DNA from: Candidatus Bathyarchaeota archaeon
GTDB taxonomy: Archaea; Thermoproteota; Bathyarchaeia; Bathyarchaeales; Bathycorpusculaceae
Direction of reading: 5' to 3'
DNA length: 64,000 nucleotides
NCBI GenBank assembly: GCA_963842865.1
Contig: CAWJIN010000007.1
Span: forward strand, 15,855 to 79,854
Shown: piece by piece, positions 8,916-19,777 of the stretch
Numbering within the stretch: position 1 is the first letter of the stretch
How the letters are laid out: every line of letters starts with the position of its first letter
The notes under the pieces: model-generated
What the model saw: the letters and a program-made list of their open reading frames with translations, nothing else
Database searches by the model: none
Told to the model about the DNA's origin: nothing
Translations under genes and position numbers: made by a program

Positions 8916-10190
8916 CTAATCTAGTTGAAATGCTTCTTCACCATGTTCGGCTAGGTCTAAACCTGCATCTTCTGCTTCCTCGCTAACACGTAGTGGCGAG
9001 AACACGTTAACCAATTTAAGCAGGAAGTAGGAACCGAAGAATGCAAAAGGCACCACCACACCAATTGCTACCAACTGAGCAACTAGTTGCCCTGGGTTTC
9101 CGAAGAACGCGCCGTTTATACCTAATTGGATAGCTGCTGATGCGAATAAGCCTGTTGCAATTGAACCCCAAATTCCGCCGACGCCATGGCATGCAAACAC
9201 ATCAAGTGCATCGTCTATTCGTGATCTGCCTGCTCTCCAGTTAGCCACTAAGTTGCAGATGACTCCTGCTACTAAACCAATTATTAATGCGCATGGTACG
9301 TTGACGTAGCCTGATGCAGGGGTAATTGCAACTAATCCAACGACGGCGCCTGCAGCGATACCTACTGCGGATGGTTTCCCTTTGATTACCCAGTCTGTAA
9401 GCATCCAGCTTATAGAGGCAGCCGCTGCTGCTAAGTTTGTAACTACAAGCGCTGAGACAGCTAAGTCGTTTGCGGCTAATGCGCTGCCAGCATTGAAGCC
9501 AAACCAGCCAAACCACAGTAACGCTGCGCCTAGCAGTACATATGGGATGTTGGTTGGTTTGAATTCTGCTGCATGGTTTTTTTGATCTAAAGATTTCATA
9601 TGATTCTGCCATGGGACGGCGCATCCTTTTCTTCTGCCTACCACTACTGCTGCTGCTAACGCGGAAATGCCTGCTGAAATGTGCACTACTATGCCTCCTG
9701 CAAAGTCGATGGCGCCAAAGACGCGAAGCCACCCAGTTGGATTCCAGATCCAGCAAGCTATCGGGCAATAGATAAGTGTAGACCAGAGTACCATGAAGAT
9801 AAGTAGCGACTTGAATCGGATTCTTTCTGCGCAAGCGCCTATGATTAGTGCTGGTGTGATGGCTGCGAACTTGAGCTGGAATGCGAATTGTAATAGTTGA
9901 GGAATTTGTGGTGCAAGTGCAGTGTTAACCGTATTTATGCTTAGATTGCTCATGCCTAGTAGGTTTGGGCTCCAGCCGATCAAGCCGTTGACGCTGTTGC
10001 CGAACACAAGACAGTAGCCCCAGAGTGCCCAGACTATGCTTACGACAGCGAATATTACGAAGCATTGAACAATTGTTGATACCAAGTTTTTTCTTCGCAC
10101 GAGGCCGCCGTAGAAGAATCCTAGTGCTGGCGTCATCAGCATGACTAGTGCAGTTGCAGTTATAACCCAGGCTATGTCTCCTGCCGTCAT
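8916..10190 (-). CDS. amtB: Ammonium transporter
   Basis: DFAGGIVVH, LWFGWFGFNAGS, DDALDVFACHG (both conserved His present). Confidence 0.97.
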   Translation of the reverse strand: MTAGDIAWVITATALVMLMTPALGFFYGGLVRRKNLVSTIVQCFVIFAVVSIVWALWGYCLVFGNSVNGLIGWSPNLLGMSNLSINTVNTALAPQIPQLLQFAFQLKFAAITPALIIGACAERIRFKSLLIFMVLWSTLIYCPIACWIWNPTGWLRVFGAIDFAGGIVVHISAGISALAAAVVVGRRKGCAVPWQNHMKSLDQKNHAAEFKPTNIPYVLLGAALLWFGWFGFNAGSALAANDLAVSALVVTNLAAAAASISWMLTDWVIKGKPSAVGIAAGAVVGLVAITPASGYVNVPCALIIGLVAGVICNLVANWRAGRSRIDDALDVFACHGVGGIWGSIATGLFASAAIQLGINGAFFGNPGQLVAQLVAIGVVVPFAFFGSYFLLKLVNVFSPLRVSEEAEDAGLDLAEHGEEAFQLD

Positions 10191-10929
10191 TCATCTTTCC
10201 TCTTTTTGACATTTGTTTACTTGATTATTTTTTACCTGTACAGCTACCGTCTACTTATATTTAAAATATACGCATATGAACCACATTAGTGCTTAATAAT
10301 GTGCGTTTGTCTATTTTACCGATGTATATTGCAATGTTCATCCAATTTTCCACCTGAAAATATCCTGATAATAAAAGATCGTTCAAAATTGAGCCTACAA
10401 CTGAAAGTTTCTAAACTATGGAAATAGGGCAGTTTCTGCAAACCTTTCACAAATTTACAGCTTTAAGTTAAAATGTATTGATAAAAAAACAGCATAACAT
10501 TCGGTACAAGAAATCAATCAGCATATTAAAAAACAGGCAATTCTACATTAGCCTTTACATTTTGGTCCAGGCGACAACCCTAAAGACGCCCCAGCCCACC
10601 TCAGAGTTGCTCACCGTGAGCGTTCGCTGCGCAAGAGCAGGCGCCGACGGATTCCTATATCTAACTGATAACCCAGCCAAATTCGAGCTTTCCAGAAAAC
10701 GGCAATTGAATTCGTGGAGCTTAGAAAAGCTAAAGGACCCGTGCTGTCAGCCAGTGCAAGAATTCCTGGATTATGTTGAAAGCTGGAAAAAAATCGTGTA
10801 GTTTTTAAAAGTTTTCTCTTTTTGAGAGTGCTTAATTAACTTTGCGGGATCTTGTTTTTGATTCTAATAGCCGTTACGTTTTTATCGAGTCATTCTTTTA
10901 GACTATGATGCGTCTGGAGCAATGCTATT

Positions 10930-11517
10930 TTGGATTTCATCACAGAGTTAAGTAGAGCCACTATAGCTTTATTCATCATAGTTGACCCGTTCGGTAACAT
11001 TCCCATTTTCGAGGGGTTAACCGAAAATATTCCAGAAGCCCAGAAAAAGAAAGTGTATAACACTGCAACGCTTGTTGGCATGGCTCTGCTTCTTGTTTTC
11101 GCATTTACAGGTCAAGAAATCTTTGCACTTTTTGGATTATCGATTTACAGTTTTGAGGTTGCGGGAGGTATTCTACTGCTAATTATTTCAATTAGAATCT
11201 TATTTACAGGCGGCATGCATGAAGACGTTGAATCTCCAGAAAGCTTAGGTGCTGTTCCTATTGCGATACCTCTTCTGGTGGGGCCGGGAGCCATTACCAC
11301 AACTATATTGGACCTCCAAACTTACGGTATAGCAATAGCGATTCTGGCAGTTTTGATTGTATTATCCTTAACATGGGTCATCCTCAGGTATATAAACGGC
11401 ATTTACAAGTTTTTAGGCAAGACAGGCTCCTTGGTTATAGGAAGAGTTATGGCACTGCTTATTGCTGCCATTGCAGTCCAATACATTTTGACTGGCGTAA
11501 CTCATTTTATAATTTAA
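10930..11517 (+). CDS. MarC family membrane protein
   Basis: LFIIVDPFGNIPIF, AVPIAIPLLVGPGAITT motifs. Confidence 0.92.
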   Translation: MDFITELSRATIALFIIVDPFGNIPIFEGLTENIPEAQKKKVYNTATLVGMALLLVFAFTGQEIFALFGLSIYSFEVAGGILLLIISIRILFTGGMHEDVESPESLGAVPIAIPLLVGPGAITTTILDLQTYGIAIAILAVLIVLSLTWVILRYINGIYKFLGKTGSLVIGRVMALLIAAIAVQYILTGVTHFII

Positions 11518-11613
11518 CAAAGCTCGTCATTAAACAAACTTTTCAGTAATGATATTTTATAAAATCAAATTTTTTGTTGCCGTTAAGGTAAGAGTTGGAT
11601 CGCAAAGTTTTTG

Positions 11614-12327
11614 TTATATGCCTTTGTTTCCGATTCGGTTATGGTGAACGAAGTCTTCTATGTCGCGGCGTACTCTAAGGTTTTTGGTTGAGGCGGTGAG
11701 GTATCCCAAGCGGCAAGTGTAGGCGATTTTCATGTATTCAGGGATTCCGAGAAGCTTCCTTAGTTCTGCTTCCACATGGGGGGCGGCGAAAGCACTGAGA
11801 ATCTGCAGGCTAACTCCTAAAGCTTGCGCCATAAGCCACATGTTCTCCATAACGCAGCCTAAACTCATGAAGCCTAAAACGTCGCCTGCTGAAGCAGGTG
11901 CCCTCTTCCTAGAATCATATATCACTAGCAGAAACGTGGGGCTACCTCGGATGGACTGCGTCAGCGGCATAGGCGCAGCTTGGCGGGCAGCCTCCGATAT
12001 TTTCGCTGGGTCTACCCATGCCGGCGGAAACATTGTGCCTAATATTCCAGTTTTCTTTTTCAAAAGTTCCTCTTTTGAGAAGGACAATTGTTCATAGTTT
12101 TCGCGCAGGAACTCTTCGGATATGCGTGATTTGATGTTTCCTACTTTTTCCAGCACTTCCTTGTCGTCAACGACGACTACTTCGAAGTTTTGCATGTTAT
12201 GTGCGGTAGGCGCCCATCTTGCGACCTCTAAAATCTGTTTCAAGTTATCTTTTGATACTGGACGGTTCGGGTCAAAGGGTACTCTTGCGGATTGTCTTTC
12301 TTGAATGATTTTTAAGATTTCACTCAT
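11614..12327 (-). CDS. Nitroreductase family protein
   Basis: IQERQSAR...ARWAPTAHNMQ...ENMWLMAQALGV. Confidence 0.9.
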   Translation of the reverse strand: MSEILKIIQERQSARVPFDPNRPVSKDNLKQILEVARWAPTAHNMQNFEVVVVDDKEVLEKVGNIKSRISEEFLRENYEQLSFSKEELLKKKTGILGTMFPPAWVDPAKISEAARQAAPMPLTQSIRGSPTFLLVIYDSRKRAPASAGDVLGFMSLGCVMENMWLMAQALGVSLQILSAFAAPHVEAELRKLLGIPEYMKIAYTCRLGYLTASTKNLRVRRDIEDFVHHNRIGNKGI

Positions 12328-12339
12328 GTTTAACCCTCA

Positions 12340-12681
12340 CCTACCTTTAGAACTGCTCGGAAATGGACCTTTGCATTCATCATCAGGACTTGCATCGCTG
12401 ACAGTGTCCTCCGCGCCAGCCTACACCGACTCTTTGTCCGAGCTTCCAGTAATGTGACTCTGACCCTAATTTGGCGATAGTACCGACGACTTCGTGACCA
12501 GGCGTCCTTGGATACTGCAAACCGGGGAAATATCCTTCTTTAACGATTGCGTCTCCGTGACAGACTCCACAGCTTGAACCTTAAGAAGTACTTCATGCTC
12601 TTTTGGCTCAGGAATCTCTTTTTGAACAAGCTCAAAATCTGCGCCCGGAGCACTAACTTGAATCGCTTTCATTAATGGCAT
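12340..12681 (-). pseudogene. Zn-dependent alcohol dehydrogenase, frameshifted and truncated
   Basis: MKAIQV...LLKVQA, 1-bp shift at ~12571, then CGVCHGD...PGHEVVG...RVGVGW..GHC..C, then TGA TGA. Confidence 0.85.
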
Positions 12682-12838
12682 AAACATCATTTCCCTTTAA
12701 AATTATCCGTTACCTATAAACATTTCAATACTAGTCAAAAAATTTTTGCTGGTTAGAACTTTAATTTTAAGGGCAAGTGTTAACATAGGTGTGCTACACA
12801 TTGGTTGTTGAATGCATTGAGGCTGAGGGGCAGGGATA

Positions 12839-13156
12839 TTGGAAAGAAAAATGAAAAGTTTTCATTTCCAAGAGATGGATTGGTTAATCAGTTTTCCAGC
12901 GTCAGGAAATGAGGGAAGAAAATACCTTTACTATTCAGTGGTGTTCAAAGATCGTAAGAAGGGGAACGCAAAGTCTCAAGTTAGTTTAATGGATATTGTG
13001 GATGCTACGGAGTTTGAAAAGAATTATCCTCACACGGTGGGTTTTTTCAGAGAACCAATGGATGAGACCACAAATTGCGGCTTTAACTATTTAGAAATAA
13101 GAATTATCAGGTACATCGAAGAATTCTGGAAATTTTTAAACGACTTAAATATTTAA
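12839..13156 (+). CDS. Hypothetical protein
   Basis: 105-aa ORF with normal composition. Confidence 0.55.
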   Translation: MERKMKSFHFQEMDWLISFPASGNEGRKYLYYSVVFKDRKKGNAKSQVSLMDIVDATEFEKNYPHTVGFFREPMDETTNCGFNYLEIRIIRYIEEFWKFLNDLNI

Positions 13157-13349
13157 TACTGCGTTTCATTGTTTTCCAAGTATAAACAATCACAGCGACA
13201 TGCCTGTTCCAGATACTTAATTCTTAACCATTTTGCGATTAAGAAAAACATCTGAAATGCATTTTAGGACAATTCGGTATCCTTTTGCAATTTGATTTTG
13301 AACATTGCAAACTCACAGCCAAGCACTCTTTAATGCCTTTTCTATCCTC

Positions 13350-13516
13350 TAACCAAAATTTCCCAAAAATACTGCAGCCTAACCCTAATCCAAAAACCAA
13401 AAAAGCAACCTAAAATAAGCCTCCAGAAAGAGGAGGAGAGGGAGGGTACTATTTACAATTGAATAGTTGTGTTAAAAGCATAACAACAACTGCTTAGACC
13501 AAAAGCACCAGCTAAA
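13350..13516 (+). repeat. Dispersed non-coding element, copy 1
   Basis: Four identical blocks shared in order with the reverse complement of 62933-63090. Confidence 0.85.
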
Positions 13517-13576
13517 CACAGACTCATCGGAATTTTGACTGAGTCAATGTTTGGCTGCTGGAGGATTCGTTTGTGT

Positions 13577-14887
13577 CTAAGTTAAGTTGACTTTAACAAC
13601 GTGTGTGGAGCAGGAAATGCATGGGTCGTAAGCTCTTACTAACATTTCTAGCGTTAATTCGATTTCTTTTTGCGGTTTATCGATAATCTGCGGAAGAATG
13701 GATTTCATGTCTAACTGAATGTTTCCGTGGTTTTGGTTGGTTGGGATTACGAAATTGGCTTTAGTGCATATTCCCTTTTCGTTATATGTGTAATCATGGA
13801 ATAATATGCCTCTTGGTACCTCTACTGCACCAACGCCGTTGCCTGCCTTCACTTTGACTTCTGGTTTATTGTAGTCTAGTTGAGATTGTAGACCTGCTGC
13901 TTCAAGTTCGTTTATTAGGCGTATCGAATCTTCGACGCTGTGTACTACTTCGACAAGTTGGGCAATACTATTCATGAAAGGATTGTAGCACATTGGTAGA
14001 AGGTTGAACTTCTCAGCTGTTTTTTGAGCCATTGGGGATAGTCTCTTGTAATTGTTGTTTAGCCTCGCTAAAGCACCTACCATGTACGATTCACGGGTAT
14101 GCTTTGCCCATTTAGCGGTAGATTGCGGAATAATGTACTCGTTTGTGTATGCAAGATATTCTTTTACTGGTGCAGTACCTGTGTCCGATGAAGCCAGTTT
14201 TCCGTCGTAAAGTGCGTATTCACTTGGGTCAGTTAAAGAAATGAATTCTGTCTCTCGTTTGAAGTTAGGTAATTTGCCTGCTAAGCTCTTGAATAATTCC
14301 GCCACGGCTTGAAGGTTTGGAATTGAATCTTGTAGTTTCTTTCTAAGTGCTATTAATTCTTTCATTGATGGAATTTTGGAGAAACCGCCCGGTATCAATC
14401 TTTGAGGATGGGTTGTTCTTCCACAGAGCAAGTTTGACATCTCATTTGCGGTTCTGTGAAGTTGAAGAACTATCTTAACCTCTGGAAGATTTGTAGACGC
14501 AAGAGGAATTACTGAACCTACACCCATCAAGTCAGGTAGAACGAGAAAACCTAAATGTAAAATGTGACTCTGCATATTTTCCGCGTGTAATGCTAGCTTT
14601 CTAAGTTTTAGGTCTTGTTCACTTATAGTTATGCCTAAGGCTGATTCTGTGGCTTTCAATGAAGCAAGCGTATGACCAATTGAGCATATACCGCATATGC
14701 GAGAGGTGATGTGGTGAAGTTCATTCCAAGATCTTCCTACGACCATGGCTTCAAAGAACCTTGGTGCTTCTGGAATGCTCCATTCACATTGTTCTATAAC
14801 TCCATTTTTGATATTCACATTGATGTTTCCGTGTCCTTCAACTCTTGTTATATGGTGGACTTCAACCTCAACATTTGATTCTTTCAT
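13577..14887 (-). CDS. hydA: Group 3b [NiFe] hydrogenase large (alpha) subunit
   Basis: TRVEGHG, RICGIC (L1), EVPRG, DPCISCSTH (L2) plus a short C-terminal extension. Confidence 0.93.
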   Translation of the reverse strand: MKESNVEVEVHHITRVEGHGNINVNIKNGVIEQCEWSIPEAPRFFEAMVVGRSWNELHHITSRICGICSIGHTLASLKATESALGITISEQDLKLRKLALHAENMQSHILHLGFLVLPDLMGVGSVIPLASTNLPEVKIVLQLHRTANEMSNLLCGRTTHPQRLIPGGFSKIPSMKELIALRKKLQDSIPNLQAVAELFKSLAGKLPNFKRETEFISLTDPSEYALYDGKLASSDTGTAPVKEYLAYTNEYIIPQSTAKWAKHTRESYMVGALARLNNNYKRLSPMAQKTAEKFNLLPMCYNPFMNSIAQLVEVVHSVEDSIRLINELEAAGLQSQLDYNKPEVKVKAGNGVGAVEVPRGILFHDYTYNEKGICTKANFVIPTNQNHGNIQLDMKSILPQIIDKPQKEIELTLEMLVRAYDPCISCSTHVVKVNLT

Positions 14888-15621
14888 CTTTTTGCCTCCT
14901 GCCAACCAAAATACAATCGAAACTTACTAATTGCATCATCAACTGTGAGACCATATTTTATCAAAACTTCCTTGTGGGAATTCTCATTTGGATTGTCCAC
15001 AAGACCTCGGCAACCCCAACATATTGTTCCCTCATTCACGCAACATGAATTGCAGCCAGCTCTAGTTACTGTTCCGACACAAAATTGACCTCGCTCAAAG
15101 GCACATACGTTCTCGTTCTTCTTGCATTCAACACAAACTGGGTAAGTCGTAGTTTCCGGCTTCTTTCCCAGTAAAAGCGATTTGACAACTTGCAAGAAGT
15201 CTTCTTTGTCTATTGGGCATCCATGAACGTAGGCATCTACGGGAATTACTGCATCTATGGCTCTTGCAGCGTAACTATCGAAGAGCTTTGCGTTTTCTCC
15301 ATACACAGTTTTTTTGACGTTATCTAAATCTTTGTAGTTTCTAAGAGAGTTGATTCCGCCGATTGTCGCGCATGATCCTATGGCAACTACGATTTTAGCA
15401 TTTTTTCTAATCGTTTTTAGTCGATCTTCGTCTTGTAGCCTAGTGCAAGAGCCTTCAACAAAAGCTATGTCGTAATTGTCGCTGTGTTCTTTCATGACTT
15501 CTCTAAAGCTAACAACTTCAACTTGACTAAGAAGAGCTAAAAGGTCTTCTTCGAGATTAGCTACTTGTAATTGGTCTCCTTCACAGCCTGCAAAATCAAA
15601 GAAAGCAACTTTGGGTTTCAT
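14884..15621 (-). CDS. hydD: Group 3b hydrogenase small (delta) subunit
   Basis: GCEGD, EGS, GSCA, HGCP and C-terminal PVCVEC...C.G..T.AGC...C.GCRG. Confidence 0.9.
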   Translation of the reverse strand: MKPKVAFFDFAGCEGDQLQVANLEEDLLALLSQVEVVSFREVMKEHSDNYDIAFVEGSCTRLQDEDRLKTIRKNAKIVVAIGSCATIGGINSLRNYKDLDNVKKTVYGENAKLFDSYAARAIDAVIPVDAYVHGCPIDKEDFLQVVKSLLLGKKPETTTYPVCVECKKNENVCAFERGQFCVGTVTRAGCNSCCVNEGTICWGCRGLVDNPNENSHKEVLIKYGLTVDDAISKFRLYFGWQEAKR

Positions 15622-17540
15622 TACAGAGCCTCCGGAACACCTTTTATTTTTGAATAATTGAAAACAGGGCCGTCTTTGCAGACGTAAATTTGGTTAATTT
15701 GGCAGTGACCACATTTTCCTACACCGCATTTCATTCTTCTTTCAAGTGACATGATTATATGATCATCTGGAACATTTCGTTTTTTCAGATCTGCAATTAC
15801 AAATTTGTACATGACTGGGGGACCACATAATATCGCTAGTGTCTTCTCTGGATCAAAAGAGACTTGAGGAATAAGCGTTGTAATTACACCTATGTTGCCC
15901 TCCCAAACTCCGCTTTCAGGACACCGGTCTACAGTAGGTTTGAACTCAACATTTTCTTTGGACGCTATTGAGAATAGTTCATCGCTAAAAAGTAGTTCCT
16001 TTGGTTCTTTGCATCCGTATAGCAGATAGACGCGACCGTAGTCTTTTCTGTTGTCAAGAACATAATTGATTAGAGATCTGAGAGGTGCTATTCCAAGACC
16101 GCCCGCTATGAATAAGAGGTCTTTGCCCTTTAGAGAGTCAACATCAAACCCATTACCAAATGGACCTCTGATTCCTACTTTATCACCAACATTGAGCCTG
16201 TGTAATTTTGTAGTGACATTTCCTAACTTGCGTACGCAAACTTCGAATGTTTCTTTCTTTGTTGGTGAGGAGGATAAGGATATTGGCGCCTCGCCTATTC
16301 CAAAAACAGAGACTTCTACAAATTGGCCTGGTTTGTGACTAAGTTCTGATCCGTCGTCTAGTTTGATTTCAAACAGTGTTTCCATCGAAGTCATCGGTAC
16401 TTTCTTGATTATGGTTGCTAGCTTTGGCACGTAATCTATGTATCCTTCTGTTTGAATGTTAACTTCTGGCTGAGCAGCGATGGTTGCCATTTGCTCTCCA
16501 CTTTCTATACTTTCATGATACATGTCGTTGAAGAGGTTAACAGGATTCGCTATATCGGGGAGGCAGTTTGAAGAGCACCTTCCACAGCCAACACAAGAAA
16601 TAAACCCGAAAGTATCGAACAAATACTTTCCTTTTTTGAAATATCGATGGCGGTACCTTGTAGGTCTTGTAGCACGGAAGTTTTCTCCTGAGGCAATTTT
16701 CGCAAAATCTTCTAGTAAGCAGCCATCCCACGTTCTGATCCTCTCACCTTGCTCTAGGGAAAGATCAAGGTTTTCTTTAACATCAAAACAATAACATGTT
16801 GGACAAACTAGAACGCATGAACCGCAGGCTAGACATTTTTCAGAATGCTTTTCCCAAAACCCACTTTTCCCATAACTGTCCTTAAGCAGTTCAGGAATAA
16901 GTTCAGGCGGAAAGTCAAACTTTTGCTGAGACATGCCCATTACTTCTCTTTTTTTCTGCCCAGCAATCTGGACGTCGCGTGCCAGTGCGACTGTGACGTT
17001 CTTTGCGTATTTAGATAATAGGTCTTCTCCTTTTTGAGAGCCAACGTTTATTGCATATCTATTACCCAAGTCTGTAAGCATAAGATCATAGCCATAATCT
17101 ATAGCTGCACTGCCCATAAAGGAAGAAAAATTCCATTTCGACATCTTTTGAATGTTGACGCCTATTATGATTGCTGCCTCTCGTTTCTTAAAATAATAGG
17201 GGTCAGACTTCGTTTCCCTGAATATTTCATCCATGTGAAGTAGGGCTACAATGTCATAAGGGTGAACTCCTACAAGTACCATTGGCGTGGGTTCCTCTGG
17301 ATTTTTAGCGGAAAATCCATCTGACAAGTCATAGGTAAATAAGGTTTCGCGTTGAGGGAAGAAATATTTTTTCGGAGGCAACAATGTTACGTCATAGTCG
17401 AGACGCAATTCCTTGGCTGACTCAAGAGGTCCAAAAGCAAATTTACTTCCCCGTGATTTTACGCCAATAACGTTCAAAGAATCATCTTTTATTAAAGCAT
17501 CTATAAAGTTCTGGAAATCTTCTTTGGATATAATTTTCAT
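15621..17540 (-). CDS. Fused sulfhydrogenase beta (AsrA-like 4Fe-4S) and gamma (FAD/NAD-binding, 2Fe-2S) subunits
   Basis: N-half CLACGSCVLVCPTCYC and CVGCGRCSSNC; C-half PGQF, RGPFGNGF, AGGLGIAP, ERRMKCGVGKCGHC; no stop between halves. Confidence 0.9.
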   Translation of the reverse strand: MKIISKEDFQNFIDALIKDDSLNVIGVKSRGSKFAFGPLESAKELRLDYDVTLLPPKKYFFPQRETLFTYDLSDGFSAKNPEEPTPMVLVGVHPYDIVALLHMDEIFRETKSDPYYFKKREAAIIIGVNIQKMSKWNFSSFMGSAAIDYGYDLMLTDLGNRYAINVGSQKGEDLLSKYAKNVTVALARDVQIAGQKKREVMGMSQQKFDFPPELIPELLKDSYGKSGFWEKHSEKCLACGSCVLVCPTCYCFDVKENLDLSLEQGERIRTWDGCLLEDFAKIASGENFRATRPTRYRHRYFKKGKYLFDTFGFISCVGCGRCSSNCLPDIANPVNLFNDMYHESIESGEQMATIAAQPEVNIQTEGYIDYVPKLATIIKKVPMTSMETLFEIKLDDGSELSHKPGQFVEVSVFGIGEAPISLSSSPTKKETFEVCVRKLGNVTTKLHRLNVGDKVGIRGPFGNGFDVDSLKGKDLLFIAGGLGIAPLRSLINYVLDNRKDYGRVYLLYGCKEPKELLFSDELFSIASKENVEFKPTVDRCPESGVWEGNIGVITTLIPQVSFDPEKTLAILCGPPVMYKFVIADLKKRNVPDDHIIMSLERRMKCGVGKCGHCQINQIYVCKDGPVFNYSKIKGVPEAL

Positions 17541-17780
17541 GTTTTGAGAACTCCGAAGAGATTTTGGTAGCACTAACTGCCATGGTACATTTAACCTTTA
17601 TGGAATAAATTCTCAAAATTCTCATTTCTTTACTGTACATACCGTATATATTCACATATAAGGCATTTCGACTTTTTTACTAGACAAGCGTTAGCTTGAT
17701 CCGTTTAACAGTTATAATAAAAGCTTTTTTATGCCAAACTATTTAATTACCTTTGTAATTATTAAAAAAAGGGTGTTTGA

Positions 17781-18014
17781 ATGCCACGAGCGTATGTGTT
17801 GTTTAATGTTGAGTCAGGCTCAGAAGATAACGTGTTAAAACAGCTCAGGAATATAAATAACGTCGAAGAAGCTTACGTTTCTTATGGTGTATACGATCTG
17901 GTTGTACGAGTCAAAGCAGACACTATGGAAGCACTAAAGGATTCAGTGACGCATAAGATTCGCACAATCAAGCAAGTTAGGTCAACTTTAACTTTGATAA
18001 TGATGGAAGAATAA
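17781..18014 (+). CDS. Stand-alone Lrp/AsnC ligand-binding domain protein
   Basis: AYVLFNVE...YGVYDLVVRV...VRSTLTL without HTH. Confidence 0.88.
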   Translation: MPRAYVLFNVESGSEDNVLKQLRNINNVEEAYVSYGVYDLVVRVKADTMEALKDSVTHKIRTIKQVRSTLTLIMMEE

Positions 18015-18211
18015 GCTCCCTAAACATTTATTTTCAGCTTTTTCTAATTTAGCGTTTTGCATTTTTTACATTTTTTTTAATAAAAAAAAGTAAATTTATG
18101 TTTTTTGGATCTATCCCAAAAGAACAAAATCACAAAGCCATTCTGATGATATTTCTTATTTGTCTTTTCTACATGCTGAAATTGGGCATTCCGCCATCGA
18201 TTGACATGTAA

Positions 18212-19777
18212 TTAATTTGGCTTGTCATTATGATCTTTTGTTGTTTTGTTATTTGCTTCTTTGTTTTTGTCTTTCGCTTTGCGTTTTGGCATTTTGGGGA
18301 AAGAATTGTATAAAGCGGAGGCTCGTGCGCGAATAATTTTTTTTGTTTCGACTGTTATGGGCGACGTTGCTATTAGCTCGTCGAGGTTCTTTTTGTTTTC
18401 TTCTATTCTTTTCGTGAATTCTTCGTTGGATATTTTGCCTTCTAATCTTAGTTTTCTCAATTCCTCCATGTGCGAGGCTATTAAATCGAATTGCTTGTCA
18501 ATTTCTGTCTCTGACACAGTATCCGTTTGGGGCATTTTTTTCCTCACGTAGCGGAACAGCAAAGGCACCTGGAACACGATTGAGATGAAAGCTACTCCGA
18601 GCACCATTGTATCTATGGTGTTGATATCTCCCTTAGAAATAACTGCGGAAGTTGTTATTGTGGCCACTAGCGCTATGGACAAAGCGCCTCGGACCCCGCC
18701 AAGCATGGCGATGTTGCGCCAAACCGCGGATATTTTGTCGCCGAATTTGTTGAACACAGCAAGTATTGGGTACACTGTGGCGGCTCTGGCTATGGTCACA
18801 GCGGCGTATGCAGCCACAATGAGCAGAACTGATTGCGAAAGAGTGATAATATTTGTCTCCAAACCGATGATTAGAAACGCTATCGAGTTGCCTAGGAAAG
18901 CTGCTATCTGCCAGAATGTCGTCACGGCTTCTTTTGACGCGGGTTCCATGGCGGACCGCATCGTGAAGTTGCCAAAGTAAAGCCCTGCCACGGCGACCGC
19001 TATTAGCCCTGAGGCGCCTATTCCTGTTGCCAAAGCGTACGACCCGTACACCACCGCGACTGCCAAGATGGTTTCGGCTACTCTGTCCGCTATCAAGCTT
19101 GTGAGAACTTCGCCTAGAAACGCGACCGCTAACCCAATTAAAACGCCTGCACCAAGGGTGAACCCGAAACTGAATATTGTTTGCGTTACCGCGACCTTTT
19201 GAAGACCGATAGTTGAAAGAATTATGGTAAATAAGACGATGCCAGTGGCGTCGTTGAACGCAGCTTCGGTGTCGAGCAACGTAGATAGTTTAGAAGGAAC
19301 TTTGACCCGTCGAAAAACCTCCAAAACCGTAACCGTGTCCGTGGGGGCAATCAACGCGGCGAAAAGAAAAGAAACATACGGCGAAAGACCGACGACCTTC
19401 CACAAGATAATCCCTCCAACACCAGTCGCTATCAAAACGCCTACGGTTGCTAAGGCTAACGAAGGCTTGATTACAGCCCGCAGATCACTGGCGCGAAGGT
19501 GAATCATGGCTTCGAAAATCAAGGGGGGAACAACGAAGCCCACGAAAAGGCCGCCTCCGCCTCCTTGGAGAAGTTGAGCGCAGAGTGATCTCAATTGAGA
19601 AATCAGGTTCTCGAAAGAGCCTCCTTCCAGAGTAAACGAAGATGCGACCACGGTGATTATAACGCCTGTTAAGACCAAAATCAGAGTGTACGGTATCTTG
19701 AGCCTTGTAGATAGGACAGCGGCTAAGAAAGCCATAAGCAGGAACGCCGCCACAATGAGCTCAATGCTGAGAGCCAG
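18212..19777 (-). CDS. CPA1/NhaP Na+/H+ antiporter
   Basis: PPLIFE, APTD, EAAFNDATG, GGVRGA motifs; likely CTG start at 19777 behind an AGGCGG SD (ORF track starts at 19753). Confidence 0.92.
   Translation of the reverse strand: MALSIELIVAAFLLMAFLAAVLSTRLKIPYTLILVLTGVIITVVASSFTLEGGSFENLISQLRSLCAQLLQGGGGGLFVGFVVPPLIFEAMIHLRASDLRAVIKPSLALATVGVLIATGVGGIILWKVVGLSPYVSFLFAALIAPTDTVTVLEVFRRVKVPSKLSTLLDTEAAFNDATGIVLFTIILSTIGLQKVAVTQTIFSFGFTLGAGVLIGLAVAFLGEVLTSLIADRVAETILAVAVVYGSYALATGIGASGLIAVAVAGLYFGNFTMRSAMEPASKEAVTTFWQIAAFLGNSIAFLIIGLETNIITLSQSVLLIVAAYAAVTIARAATVYPILAVFNKFGDKISAVWRNIAMLGGVRGALSIALVATITTSAVISKGDINTIDTMVLGVAFISIVFQVPLLFRYVRKKMPQTDTVSETEIDKQFDLIASHMEELRKLRLEGKISNEEFTKRIEENKKNLDELIATSPITVETKKIIRARASALYNSFPKMPKRKAKDKNKEANNKTTKDHNDKPN

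Noticed and set aside
9241-9834. 197-aa alternative-frame ORF inside amtB and the many antisense ORFs in the track
   Set aside because: Fully overlap well-supported genes and lack motifs
10478-10801. 107-aa ORF upstream of marC
   Set aside because: The 5' half is AT-rich intergenic sequence; the 3' half may be a gene remnant but I cannot assign it
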